Assembly: GCA_965649225.1 (NCBI GenBank)
Contig: CBFGJX010000003.1
Location: forward strand, 96,001 to 160,000
From: a candidate division WOR-3 bacterium
GTDB lineage: Bacteria; Hydrothermota; Tepidihabitantia; Tepidihabitantales; Tepidihabitantaceae
Length of the DNA: 64,000 nucleotides
Direction of reading: 5' to 3'
Both the position numbers and the translations under genes were made by a program. Every line of letters starts with the position of its first letter. Within the stretch, counting starts at the first letter, position 1. The notes beneath the pieces are model-generated. The model saw only the letters and a program-made list of their open reading frames with translations, was not told the DNA's origin and searched no databases. Positions 18,142 through 27,783 of this stretch are shown here, one piece after another.

Positions 18142-19740
18142 ATGATCGCCAGACTGCTGCTGAACCTGCTGACAACAGGCGGATTGCTGACTACTGATTA
18201 CATCGGCCGGGTGGACACCATCGGCGGCACGGTCTACGACTGGCAGCTGGGCGGACCCCAGTACCGGTTTCTTGTCTGTTCCGAGCCGTACGGGCTGCAC
18301 GCTGCCTGGCTGTATTCCTCAAACCCGAACAACTATCCCGACCGCAACGAGCGTTACAACTTCTATGACTTCGCGACTCGGCGGTGGAACTGGATTGACT
18401 CCAACTTCATGCAGTCGGGCATGGGCGTGTTCGGGGCACGGTCCGGCTTCGGCACTTTGGGCGCCGACCCTGTCTCGGGCGGGGCCGTGCTCTCCACGCA
18501 TCAGGGTATCATTTACCCGGCCGTTGCCCGTGACGTCGCGCCCGGGGCCGGGATATTCGATTACTGCACCGGCCAGCCGCAGCTGGAGGGATACCTGGGG
18601 CCGGTGCTGGCCGTCAGCGGAACAGGCACGCTGCACCTGGCGCTGCTGGACGACTCGACGCGCGACCGGCTCTACTACTCACGCGCCGCCACCTGGTGCA
18701 ACTGGGACCCGCCCGTCGCGCTTCCTCCGCCGCTGCCTGCCCCGATGTTTCCGTGCCACAACATCGCGGCGTCGCGCTACGGCACCAGGGTCGCCGTTAC
18801 TTGGGTATTCTCCGATGAAGCCGGGCCGGTCAACCCGGGGTTCTACCGCGAATCACCCGATGATGGCGTGACTTGGGGCCCGCCCGAGGAACTGCCGATT
18901 CCTAACCCGTACGGGCCGGACACGATCGCTTCGTTTCACATCAGTTCGCTGTATCCGTACTACGACTCGGACAACAACCTTCACATCGTGGCGAGCGTGA
19001 GGCCGATCGTGCGCGATACAGCCTACGTGCTGCCTGCGGCAGTCTACCACTGGTGCTCGGCCAACACCCCACGCTGGAACATCGTGCACCGCACTGATTG
19101 CGACAGCCTCGCTGGCAGTATCGGCTACAACGCGCTGTACGCGACCCGACCGAGCATCGGCCAGGACGGCCGCGGCCGACTGTTCATTGCGTGGGAGCAG
19201 TTCCACCCGCGGAATGTCGAGCCGCGAACCGGCCAGTTGCGCGCCGGCGTTTGGATGGCGGCCTCCACCGATCGGGGACTGACCTGGACCCCCGGCCTCT
19301 GCATTACCGACTCAAACACGGTTTCGCACCGGTTCCCGTCGATGGTCGACGTGGTGATGCCCGGCGATACCGTGGCAGTGCATTACCTGATGGACCTCGA
19401 AGCCGGATTCGTGGTACAGGGCCAGGGCCGGCATACCGAGAACCCGGTTGTGGTGCAGTTCGTGCACGCAGAACTGCTGGGTGTGAAGGCTGACGAACAG
19501 ACTCAGGCGGCCGGAACGAGGCTCGGGCCGACTATCGTTTGCGGAACGCTGCGGACAGAACGGCAGTCCGAAGGCACCCTGCGGCCAGAGCTCGTGAATG
19601 CAACCGGGCGAAGGGTAATGAAACTCAAGGCCGGCGAGAACGACTTGACCCGGCTTGCGCCCGGCGTCTACTTTCTGATGGAATCAGGACCGGTCACCGG
19701 GGCCCGCAAGACGAACCGGAAAATAATCATCGCGCGCTAG
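18142..19740 (+). CDS. Hypothetical secreted beta-propeller/BNR-like protein with short T9SS-type tail
   Basis: AAGGAGG Shine-Dalgarno; Asp-box-like motifs SPDDGVTW and STDRGLTW; tail NATGRRV..LAPGVYFL..KIIIAR. Confidence 0.75.
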   Translation: MIARLLLNLLTTGGLLTTDYIGRVDTIGGTVYDWQLGGPQYRFLVCSEPYGLHAAWLYSSNPNNYPDRNERYNFYDFATRRWNWIDSNFMQSGMGVFGARSGFGTLGADPVSGGAVLSTHQGIIYPAVARDVAPGAGIFDYCTGQPQLEGYLGPVLAVSGTGTLHLALLDDSTRDRLYYSRAATWCNWDPPVALPPPLPAPMFPCHNIAASRYGTRVAVTWVFSDEAGPVNPGFYRESPDDGVTWGPPEELPIPNPYGPDTIASFHISSLYPYYDSDNNLHIVASVRPIVRDTAYVLPAAVYHWCSANTPRWNIVHRTDCDSLAGSIGYNALYATRPSIGQDGRGRLFIAWEQFHPRNVEPRTGQLRAGVWMAASTDRGLTWTPGLCITDSNTVSHRFPSMVDVVMPGDTVAVHYLMDLEAGFVVQGQGRHTENPVVVQFVHAELLGVKADEQTQAAGTRLGPTIVCGTLRTERQSEGTLRPELVNATGRRVMKLKAGENDLTRLAPGVYFLMESGPVTGARKTNRKIIIAR

Positions 19741-19770
19741 CACGACTGTCACAGCTGCACCTGCCGGCGG

Positions 19771-20385
19771 TCAACCGCCCGATCCAGACTTGCTATGCGA
19801 CGAACGGGCGCGAGAAAACTCACAACCGCAGTAGTGCTGACGGTAGATTCCCATTTCCCGGGAAACAACCACACTCTGCTGTTGTCCGCCCTGCTTTTTC
19901 CAGTCTCCCTCGAGAAAATGCAGACCGTATCGCGCACAGGAGGCCCGCCCGATTGAGTTTATCACCTCGGCTCGCTTGTTGCGGCCAACCGTCAGCGTCG
20001 ATGCCACAACACTGCAGCCATTGGCAATCGCCGCCGCCGCTGCCGACTCGAGTCGCAACCGAAAACAGGTCAGACAACGTGACCCGCCCTCGGGTTCAGC
20101 TTCCTGCCCGGATACGGCAGCCAGAAATCGCCCGTGGTCGTAGGGAGCGACATCCAGCTGCAGATGCCACAACGCACTCAGCTGCTCGGCCGCCAGCAGC
20201 CGCCGGCTGTACTCGTCTTCCGGCCAGATATTGGGATTGTCAAACCAGCCAACGATATCATAGCCATCACGCAGCCGCAGCAGCACCGCAGTCGCACAGG
20301 GGGCACAGCAGATGTGCAGCAGCAGTTTCGGCCGCAGACTGTCGGCGGCAGCTCCGGTGTCAGCTCGAGCCATCGGTATCGACAT
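19771..20385 (-). CDS. queH: Epoxyqueuosine reductase QueH (DUF208)
   Basis: LLLHICCAPCA, NPNI.PEDEY, EPEGGSRCLTCFRLRL, YRQHYCGCEFS. Start at 20385 or 20373. Confidence 0.92.
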   Translation of the reverse strand: MSIPMARADTGAAADSLRPKLLLHICCAPCATAVLLRLRDGYDIVGWFDNPNIWPEDEYSRRLLAAEQLSALWHLQLDVAPYDHGRFLAAVSGQEAEPEGGSRCLTCFRLRLESAAAAAIANGCSVVASTLTVGRNKRAEVINSIGRASCARYGLHFLEGDWKKQGGQQQSVVVSREMGIYRQHYCGCEFSRARSSHSKSGSGG

Positions 20386-20427
20386 TATCCGCCCCTCACT
20401 GCCGGTCAAGCGGATTGATTCTGTGAA

Positions 20428-21201
20428 TTGACTGCTGTGCTCCAACCGCTAGTCTTGACCGTGCCGCTCGTCCATGACCGAGAAAGACTCCGTGGCTGGC
20501 TCCAGTCGCTGGGCGCCCGCACGGCGTCGGTTCGAAACCTGGTGTTTGGCACTGCCGGCCTGCGCGCACGCTGGGTACGGGTTGACCATCTGGAACGACC
20601 CCGGGCAATCGTCTGCCGTGGCCGCAGATTCTGTCTTTGGGCCCGGGACTCAGCCCACGCCCAAGCCCTGCTGGGTGAAATACCAAACCACTTCCGGCCC
20701 CAGTTCGGCGCCACTCCCACCCGGCTGCTGGCTGCCTGCCGAGCACGTTTTTCTGACCGAAACCAGGCCCGGTTCTGGCATGAACCTTGCTGGCTTTACG
20801 AATTTGCTGGCAAGATACCGGCCCGGCCAGCCGTCAAGGTCGGCGTGCTCCGTCAAGCTGATGCTGCAACCGTTGCCCGGTTCTGGCCCCACGGTCGTCG
20901 GCCCGAATATATTCGCTCTCGTATTGCCGCTTGGCCGTCAGCAGCCATTCGTCGCCAGGGCCAGCTGGTAGCGTGGGGTCTGACTCATGACGACGGCTCG
21001 ATGGGATTTCTCCACGTCCGTGAAGAATGGCGCGGCCTGGGGCTGGCTCGCGCAATCACCACCGCCCTTGTACGCCGCCTGCTGCGCCTGGGCATCCGAC
21101 CTCATCTGTATATCGTGCGCAACAATCTTCCCTCAATTGAGCTGAGCGAAAGCATGGGCTTTCGCCGTGTTGAATCCTATTCCTGGTTTGGTTGGGGCTA
21201 A
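20428..21201 (+). CDS. GNAT family N-acetyltransferase (FR47-like C-terminal domain)
   Basis: MGFLHVREEWRGLGLA acetyl-CoA motif A and NLPSIELSESMGF motif B. Confidence 0.85.
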   Translation: MTAVLQPLVLTVPLVHDRERLRGWLQSLGARTASVRNLVFGTAGLRARWVRVDHLERPRAIVCRGRRFCLWARDSAHAQALLGEIPNHFRPQFGATPTRLLAACRARFSDRNQARFWHEPCWLYEFAGKIPARPAVKVGVLRQADAATVARFWPHGRRPEYIRSRIAAWPSAAIRRQGQLVAWGLTHDDGSMGFLHVREEWRGLGLARAITTALVRRLLRLGIRPHLYIVRNNLPSIELSESMGFRRVESYSWFGWG

Positions 21202-22397
21202 CGCAATCCTGACGCGGCCAGCTCTCTCAATGCTTTCAGCTCATTGACAATCTGACCCGCCTCGTTGACGCTGGTCGCCAGCAGCAGTACCGCACCTTTG
21301 TGTTCTTTACGCTGTGCCCGGCGCAACGAACCAAGGAAATCCTCGATCTCGTTAGCCGGCGTATCGAGCCAGCCGCCCAGCAGGTCACTGCGAACGACCA
21401 CAATCACCTCGTCCCGCCCCGGAGTCGGCCAGCGGTCAGCCTGTACCGAGACGACGATGGCAGCCTCAGCGGTACCGGACTCGAGACTACCCGGCACATA
21501 GTAGCCGAAACCACGCCGCACCAGACCAAGCACGTCGAGCTCGGTGAGCCTGTCGAGTATCTCCTTCTGTCGTTCGCTCCAGTCGCCGTTCGGAAACGGC
21601 TCACCGCGCTTGATCTGACTGGTGGTGGCTCCACCAAAAGCCGTCGCCGAAACATGCTCCTCCACGAACCGACGCTGCGCCGGTGCCGCCGGCTCCACCG
21701 GCCGGTCGGAAATTTGCCCGGACTTGGGTTGAACCGGTGCCGGCCCCGTCGGCTTGGCTGGCGAGGCAGCGGCCGGTTGCCGAACCGCCAGCAGACGCGG
21801 CCGGACGACCTCGTTGCCACCGAAGCGCCAACAATCCCAGGAGCACAGGCGAACCTCAAGATTCATGTTTACCAGAAAGGCAACCGCCTCTTTGACTATC
21901 GGATCTTCCTTCTCGACGAAAAGAACCACCGGGAACCGCCCGCCGAGCAGAGAGTTTTCGGTGCCCTTTCTGAAAGCATCGGCCGACCAGTCGGGGCCCA
22001 CCCGACGGCTGATCCAGTCAACCAGACTCATGCCGAGGAATCGCTCGAACGGGTCGGCAAGTCGCTCGTACGACTGCCGCCAGAGCCAACCATTGGCCGC
22101 CAGCACCTCGCTGACCAGCGTGTTCATCGGAGTTGCGGCATCAGGGCACGCCACAACCATCACTCCGCCGGTCTCGGTCACCGCCAACAACACATGGCCG
22201 GATTCGGCCTGCGGGGCCGGTGCCGCAGCGCGCGGCAGCGGCTCACCGGCAAGAAACAACCCGAGAAACTCCGGTGCCTCAATGACAAGCCGGACAGTGT
22301 CCAGCTCTCGCGACGCGCCCGAACCCGAAAACTCACGCCAGTTGTCGCCCGAATGAGCCACGCGCAGACAGAATGGTGCGAAACCCTGTTTCATCAC
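21198..22397 (-). CDS. Hypothetical protein; N-terminal domain paralogous to the neighbouring gene, Pro-rich linker, extra C-terminal domain
   Basis: 399-aa ORF overlapping the upstream paralog by 4 nt; shared blocks LWR.S.E, FR.G.E.SL..G.F, G.EVV. Confidence 0.75.
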   Translation of the reverse strand: MMKQGFAPFCLRVAHSGDNWREFSGSGASRELDTVRLVIEAPEFLGLFLAGEPLPRAAAPAPQAESGHVLLAVTETGGVMVVACPDAATPMNTLVSEVLAANGWLWRQSYERLADPFERFLGMSLVDWISRRVGPDWSADAFRKGTENSLLGGRFPVVLFVEKEDPIVKEAVAFLVNMNLEVRLCSWDCWRFGGNEVVRPRLLAVRQPAAASPAKPTGPAPVQPKSGQISDRPVEPAAPAQRRFVEEHVSATAFGGATTSQIKRGEPFPNGDWSERQKEILDRLTELDVLGLVRRGFGYYVPGSLESGTAEAAIVVSVQADRWPTPGRDEVIVVVRSDLLGGWLDTPANEIEDFLGSLRRAQRKEHKGAVLLLATSVNEAGQIVNELKALRELAASGLR

Positions 22398-23488
22398 CGC
22401 TTGCTGCCGAGACCGCCCCAGCCGGACTTGGGTGGACGCTTGTTGGACATGATTCCCGGCAAAGTGCCGGGCCCGGGACCCTTGCCTTGTTCCGGTGGCG
22501 GTGAAACCGGCCTGGTAGAAAGTGGCGAACGTGTCGCCGACTGTGGACCACTGCCGCCGGCCGGTTCGCTCACCGGCGGCTCATCCAACCCGCCCAGCTT
22601 CGGCCAGTTCCGCTCGATTTTGCCTTCCTTGGCATCGTCGGAACCACCCGGTGCCGACCCGGTTCCAAAGCTTGCCTGACGGGGCTCGGTTGCCAGTGTC
22701 GGTGGACGCTGAGATTGCCAGCCTCCTGCCGGACCCGTGCTGGCTGCGGGCTTGACACCAGCCTCTGTCGGCTGCGGTATTGGCTTCGCCGCCGGTTTTG
22801 GCCGCTCAATCGGCACTGCCCTAGGCTCAGGATGCACAATGACCGGTCGAGCAACAACAACCTCGACTCCGCAGCACTCGTAATGCTCCGGTACCAGGCC
22901 GACTACATCCAGACCCAGCATCGCCAGATGTCCGATTGCCTGCCGGCATTCGTCATTCTCGTCCGGTGCTACCAATCGCACTGCAAAGTGCCCGCGAGCC
23001 AGACTCTGCTCCAGTCCGGACCGGAACTTGTCACCGCTCTTGGCCGCCGGAAGAACAGCTGCGGCAATCTCCCACAAAGGCAAACCGCCGACACTGGCAA
23101 AATGTTTGGTGTACTCTTCAACCGACATCCGCCACAATCTTCCCAGCAGAACCATTGTCTCACGAACAAGTTCAGTCCAGTCTTGGCGCGAACCGTCGCC
23201 GGCGATGGCGACGATAATCACGTTACCGTTCTCGTCAACCGCCGTCCAGAATCCGGCCTGAGCGGCTCTCCCTGACGACAAGGGCGCCAGTGCGACAATC
23301 CGCGGTCCGCTCGGCAGATGGAAATTGAGAAACTGAGGGGTATCACGCAGCAGTGCCGGAAGGTCCAAAACCCCCTCGGCAGGCACCGGCAGCACGACAT
23401 TCCAAGTCCCGGCATCACCGCCGCTCACGCGGAAGGAAAAATGCTCAGCCGGGCCGACGGCTGACTGCGTGTCCGACTCGGATGCCAC
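22394..23488 (-). CDS. Hypothetical protein; degenerate nuclease-like N-terminal domain plus Pro/Gly-rich tail
   Basis: 364-aa ORF with GTG start directly after a consensus promoter. Confidence 0.75.
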   Translation of the reverse strand: MASESDTQSAVGPAEHFSFRVSGGDAGTWNVVLPVPAEGVLDLPALLRDTPQFLNFHLPSGPRIVALAPLSSGRAAQAGFWTAVDENGNVIIVAIAGDGSRQDWTELVRETMVLLGRLWRMSVEEYTKHFASVGGLPLWEIAAAVLPAAKSGDKFRSGLEQSLARGHFAVRLVAPDENDECRQAIGHLAMLGLDVVGLVPEHYECCGVEVVVARPVIVHPEPRAVPIERPKPAAKPIPQPTEAGVKPAASTGPAGGWQSQRPPTLATEPRQASFGTGSAPGGSDDAKEGKIERNWPKLGGLDEPPVSEPAGGSGPQSATRSPLSTRPVSPPPEQGKGPGPGTLPGIMSNKRPPKSGWGGLGSKR

Positions 23489-23493
23489 GCTAA

Positions 23494-23522
23494 ATTATAG
23501 CGGGCAATCTTGTAACTGTCAA
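23494..23522 (-). promoter_or_regulatory. Perfect-consensus sigma70 promoter, leaderless
   Basis: TTGACA-N17-TATAAT, 5 nt before GTG 23488. Confidence 0.8.
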
Positions 23523-23536
23523 TGTTTCAGAAGCTT

Positions 23537-23564
23537 GGCGGCGGCAGTCGATCCTGCCGCCGCC
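23537..23564 (-). terminator. Terminator hairpin after the por operon
   Basis: ggcggcggcag/ctgccgccgcc 11-bp stem; weak U-tail. Confidence 0.6.
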
Positions 23565-23580
23565 GGTAGCTTGTTGACTA

Positions 23581-24513
23581 TTAGGCGCTGAAGGCAGCCT
23601 GACGCCGATGCAGCAGCTCCCACTGGCGATCAACCTGTCGCTGCAGTTCTGCTATCACCGCCTTGCCTTCATCGCCCTTGAACAGGTGGCTGAACCGCCC
23701 CTGCGGCCGCAAGAACTCCTCAATCGGTTTCTTCTCTTTGGGCTCGTAGTTAATCCGGTATCCGCCGTTCTCGTACTCGTAGATTGGCCAGAAACAGGTG
23801 TCGGCCGCCAGTTTTGACACCTCAATGGTCTGGCTGCCCGGATGACCCCAGCCCAGTGGACACGGCACCAGCACGTTGAGGAACGCCGGCCCGTCCGCAG
23901 CCAGCGCCTTCTGGACCTTGGTGACGAGGTCGTTCCACAGCGCCACGGTCGTCTGGGCGGCGTAGGCAGCGTTATGGGCGATCATTATCTCGACGATATC
24001 CTTGCGGTGTACGAGCTTCCCCGGCACTACCTTGCCGGCAGGCGAGGTCGTCGTGTGCGCGCCATAGGGCGTGGCCGACGACCGCTGGATACCGGTATTC
24101 ATATAGCCCTCGTTGTCGGTGCAAACGTAAAGAAACTTGTGCCGACGCTCGAATGCGCCCGACAGAGCCTGGAAGCCGATGTCGTAGGTACCACCGTCAC
24201 CACCGAAGGCGATAAACTTGACGTCTTCCGTCATTCGGCCGGTCTTCTTCTTGAACCGATAGGCAGCCTCGACACCCGAAGCGGTGGAAGCCGCTGTCTC
24301 AAACGCAGTGTGGATCATCGGTATCTGCCATGCGCTGTGCGGGTAGATTGACGAGAAAATCTCGGTGCAGCCGGTTGGCATTATTCCCACCACCGGTTGC
24401 GGCGCGGCCAGCAGAACCTGTCTTACCGCCAGTGCTTCGCCACAGCCGGCGCAGGCGCGATGACCGCTCGAAAACAATTCGGGATTCTGACAGAGGTCCT
24501 TGAGTCTTGCCAT
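23581..24513 (-). CDS. porB: Pyruvate/2-oxoacid:ferredoxin oxidoreductase beta subunit
   Basis: SGHRACAGCG, TGC, TPP motif GGDGG..DNEGYMNTG, PCPLGW. Confidence 0.93.
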   Translation of the reverse strand: MARLKDLCQNPELFSSGHRACAGCGEALAVRQVLLAAPQPVVGIMPTGCTEIFSSIYPHSAWQIPMIHTAFETAASTASGVEAAYRFKKKTGRMTEDVKFIAFGGDGGTYDIGFQALSGAFERRHKFLYVCTDNEGYMNTGIQRSSATPYGAHTTTSPAGKVVPGKLVHRKDIVEIMIAHNAAYAAQTTVALWNDLVTKVQKALAADGPAFLNVLVPCPLGWGHPGSQTIEVSKLAADTCFWPIYEYENGGYRINYEPKEKKPIEEFLRPQGRFSHLFKGDEGKAVIAELQRQVDRQWELLHRRQAAFSA

Positions 24514-24516
24514 TGC

Positions 24517-25671
24517 CTACCTCACTCCAATGTAGGTCACGAGCTCATCCTTGGTACCGGCCAGTGCGCCTTCGAGAGCTGTTGCCGCATCGACAAGCGA
24601 AAACTCCTTGCCGCCCAGCCCGTAAACATAGGAAAGCACCGCCGGGCGCCGGTCCAGTTCATACAGCGCTGCTCTGGTCTCGGTGTAGAGCGGGCCGCCG
24701 AATGAATTGACGGAGTCGGCACGATCAAGCACGGCCACGGTACGGTAACGAGCCAGCTTCTCCTTCAGCAGCCGGTGTGGCAGCGGACGAAACACGCGTA
24801 ATTTGACCATACCCACTTTCCTGCCTTCGTTGCGCATTGCGTCTACGGCATCGCGCATCGTGCCGCAAGCCGAACCCATCAACAGCACTACCGCTTCGGC
24901 GTCGTCAGTACGGTACTCCTCGATAACACCGTAGCCGCGACCAAACCGCGTCTGAAACGCACGCTGGACCTCTTCGATCACCGGCAGTGCCTTGTTCATC
25001 CCCTCGATCTGCGAGCGCTTGAACTCGAAATAGTAGTCCTGCATAGTTGCCGGGCCGACGAGAATCGGCTTCCTGATGTTGAGCAGGTCCCAGTTTGGCT
25101 GCCAGCGGCCCAGCCAGTCCCTTACCGCCTTGTCTTCCAGCGTTTCCATCCGCTCCATGCAGTGAGACAGGATAAAGCCGTCGACGCAGCACATCGCCGG
25201 CAGCGAGGTCCGCTCGGCAATCTTCACACACTGAATCAGCGTATCGTACCCCTCCTGCACCGACTCGCAGAAGAACTGCAACCAGCCCGAATCACGCGAA
25301 GCCAGCGAATCGGAATGGTCACCGTGGATGTTCAGCGGCGAAGAAAGCGAGCGCGATGCAACCGCCATGACAATCGGCAGCCGCAGCCCGCCGGCGATAA
25401 ACAGCATTTCATGCATCAGCGCGAGCCCTTGGGACGCGGTCGCTGTCATCGTCCGGCAACCCGCCGCCGCCGCACCGATGCACGCCGCCATCGCCGAGTG
25501 TTCGCTCTCGACAGCGACGAACTCGGAGTCCACGATGCCGTCGCTGACGTAGCTGGCAAATATCTGAACGATTTCGGTCGAAGGCGTTATCGGATAGGCA
25601 GCAACGACGTCGGGATTGATCTGCTTCATCGCATAGGCCAGCGCTTCGTTCCCGGTCTTGGCAATAATCAT
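24517..25671 (-). CDS. porA: Pyruvate/2-oxoacid:ferredoxin oxidoreductase alpha subunit
   Basis: TGNEA, AAYPITPST, VESEHSA, TASQGL, IHGDHSD. Confidence 0.94.
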   Translation of the reverse strand: MIIAKTGNEALAYAMKQINPDVVAAYPITPSTEIVQIFASYVSDGIVDSEFVAVESEHSAMAACIGAAAAGCRTMTATASQGLALMHEMLFIAGGLRLPIVMAVASRSLSSPLNIHGDHSDSLASRDSGWLQFFCESVQEGYDTLIQCVKIAERTSLPAMCCVDGFILSHCMERMETLEDKAVRDWLGRWQPNWDLLNIRKPILVGPATMQDYYFEFKRSQIEGMNKALPVIEEVQRAFQTRFGRGYGVIEEYRTDDAEAVVLLMGSACGTMRDAVDAMRNEGRKVGMVKLRVFRPLPHRLLKEKLARYRTVAVLDRADSVNSFGGPLYTETRAALYELDRRPAVLSYVYGLGGKEFSLVDAATALEGALAGTKDELVTYIGVR

Positions 25672-25958
25672 TTCCGCTCCGTTTCCATCGTTATCGCCTG
25701 CACCTTTTTCGGGCAGACACTGGCGCAGATGCCACAGCCCTTGCAGTAGTCGTAGTTAATGCCCGCTACTTTCCCGTCAACAATCAGAATCGATGCATCC
25801 GGGCAGTATATCCAGCAGGTGTAGCAGTTGATGCACTTTTCCTTGTTCCACACCGGCCGCTGTGATCGCCAGGCCCCGGTTTTGTTTTCCAGTACCGCCT
25901 TGGGATCGTCGATAATCGCCCCGCAGGGCAGTTCCTTCCAGCTCAACAGCCTTGCCAT
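25668..25958 (-). CDS. porD: POR delta subunit (2x[4Fe-4S])
   Basis: KTGAWR..P, CINCYTCWIYCP, CKGCGICASVCP. Confidence 0.93.
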   Translation of the reverse strand: MARLLSWKELPCGAIIDDPKAVLENKTGAWRSQRPVWNKEKCINCYTCWIYCPDASILIVDGKVAGINYDYCKGCGICASVCPKKVQAITMETERK

Positions 25959-25959
25959 T

Positions 25960-26571
25960 CTAGCACCTCACCTCTTCGTAGGCCCGACGGATGCTGACAA
26001 GATTAGGCGCGATAAACTTCTCTTTACCACCCCGGAATTTCTCCGCCAGCTTGCCTTCGATCGCCTTCATCATTGACTCGAATTCCAGCACGCCGGTAAC
26101 CTTGACCAATGCTCCCAGCATCGGGGTATTGGGCACGTTCTTGCCCACGGTCTCCATTGCGATTCGCGAAGCATCAACGACATACAATTTGATGTGGTCC
26201 GGAAGTCGCATCCTCGCCCGCAGCACCGCAGGGTCCTCGGTGGAGTTGACAAGCAGAATCCCGCCGTCCTGCAGGCCATCGGTGACCCGCGCCGGCTCGA
26301 TCAGCGAAGCATCAAGCACAACCACAATCCGCGGCGTCTTCACACCGGCATGCGAACGAATCGGTCGGTCAGAGAGCCGGTTGAATGCCTGTACCGGTGC
26401 GCCCATTCGCTCCGGCCCGTACTCTGGGAACGCTTGAATGTACATCCCGGTGTCCAGTGCCGCTTCACCAAACAACAGCGCCGCGGTTTTGGCACCCTGA
26501 CCACCACGACCGTGCCAGCGTATTTCCAGCACCTGGCCGGCGAGGTTGATGCAGACATCTGATACAGCCAT
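25960..26571 (-). CDS. porC: POR gamma subunit
   Basis: EIRWHGRGGQGAKT, QAFPEYGPERMGAPV, PNTPMLGA; GGAGG Shine-Dalgarno. Confidence 0.93.
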   Translation of the reverse strand: MAVSDVCINLAGQVLEIRWHGRGGQGAKTAALLFGEAALDTGMYIQAFPEYGPERMGAPVQAFNRLSDRPIRSHAGVKTPRIVVVLDASLIEPARVTDGLQDGGILLVNSTEDPAVLRARMRLPDHIKLYVVDASRIAMETVGKNVPNTPMLGALVKVTGVLEFESMMKAIEGKLAEKFRGGKEKFIAPNLVSIRRAYEEVRC

Positions 26572-26699
26572 CTTGCCTCCATTTTGAAGCCCGGCCCGGA
26601 TGCAGTCCGCAGCACTGACAGCGAATCAGGACCGCCTGCTGGCTTCCGGCCTGCCGCCCGGTCGGGCATCTTGTTCGAAATTGTCCTTAGCGGCCGACA

Positions 26700-26727
26700 A
26701 TGTTACTCCTGACAGGAGTAAAGTCAA
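26700..26727 (-). promoter_or_regulatory. por operon promoter with a palindromic operator in the spacer
   Basis: TTGACT-N16-TAACAT overlapping the perfect palindrome TTACTCCTG-A-CAGGAGTAA (26703-26721). Confidence 0.6.
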
Positions 26728-26801
26728 CCGCCTGAATCAGACTCTGGAAAGGAAAATTGGCTGTCGGTTGACCGTACCGGCAGGCGAAACTATGATTTGC
26801 C

Positions 26802-27644
26802 ATGCTCGAGTTGCCCGAGATCGAGGTCATCCGGGAACGGCTGCGCCTCTCGCTTGTCGGCCGGCGAATCATATCGGTTGACGCCTTAGAACGCCGGGCG
26901 CTGGTGACCCGTCGGATACCGCCGGCCGCTCTCGTCGGGACTCATCTCGGCTCGATCATCAGACGAGGACGCCTGCTGGTGTTTGAAACCGACGCCGGCA
27001 CGGCGTTCTGCGCCCGCCTTGGCCGCACCGGCTTTTACAGCCTGCGCCCCAACGCCGCTCCGGTTTCACCCCGTGCAGTACTGGGTTTCACCACTGCCGA
27101 GGCGGGACTGGACATAATTGAAGGCGGCCGCCGTCTCCGCGTCGAACTGGCAATCGCTGACAAAACAACCAATCTGCCCTGGCTGGGCCGCACCGGCCTT
27201 GATCCGCTTGACCCTGCGTTCACCCTTACCGCGCTGCGCTCAAGGCTGTCGCGGTGCGACTGCACTCTGCGACTGGCCCTGTCCGACAACCACGTTATCG
27301 CCGGACTCGGCGACGCCTTTGCCGACGAGGTCCTTTTTGAGGCCCGGCTTTCTCCGTTTGAACCCAGCGCACTGCTTGGCCCCGCCGAAGCAGTCCGGCT
27401 TCACCTTGCCATCAAGAAGACCGTTTCCAGTGCTGTGGTTCGCTACCGAACACTGCCAGCCGGCACTTTGCCGGACGAAACCCATCGCGACTTCCTGCGC
27501 ATTCATCAGCGAGCCGGTCAACCGTGTCAGGTCTGCGGTACGCTCATCAAAACCGTACGCGAAGGCAGTCTGACCTCATTTTACTGCCCGACCTGCCAGA
27601 CCCACGGCATCGAACTTGCTGACCGCAACGCCCCGCTCCGCTGA
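26802..27644 (+). CDS. Fpg/Nei family DNA glycosylase-like protein with degenerate active site
   Basis: ELPEIE, RRGR, H2TH (IAGLGDAFADEVLFEARLSP), zinc finger CQVC..CPTCQ. Promoter TTGACC-N17-TATGAT lies 5 nt upstream. Confidence 0.88.
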   Translation: MLELPEIEVIRERLRLSLVGRRIISVDALERRALVTRRIPPAALVGTHLGSIIRRGRLLVFETDAGTAFCARLGRTGFYSLRPNAAPVSPRAVLGFTTAEAGLDIIEGGRRLRVELAIADKTTNLPWLGRTGLDPLDPAFTLTALRSRLSRCDCTLRLALSDNHVIAGLGDAFADEVLFEARLSPFEPSALLGPAEAVRLHLAIKKTVSSAVVRYRTLPAGTLPDETHRDFLRIHQRAGQPCQVCGTLIKTVREGSLTSFYCPTCQTHGIELADRNAPLR

Positions 27645-27733
27645 GCCGTTCGCAGACCCCACCCTCAACGCAATCGGCTGATAACAGCTGATCGTTAGGC
27701 TGTCGCAGCTGCCTGCAAACTGGCTCCAACGGC

Positions 27734-27770
27734 AGCGGCGGGCGACCAGCCGGTCACCCGCCGCTTTTCT
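27734..27770. terminator. Terminator hairpin between convergent genes
   Basis: agcggcgggcgacc/ggtcacccgccgct stem followed by tttct. Confidence 0.7.
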
Positions 27771-27783
27771 CCGACTGAACGGA

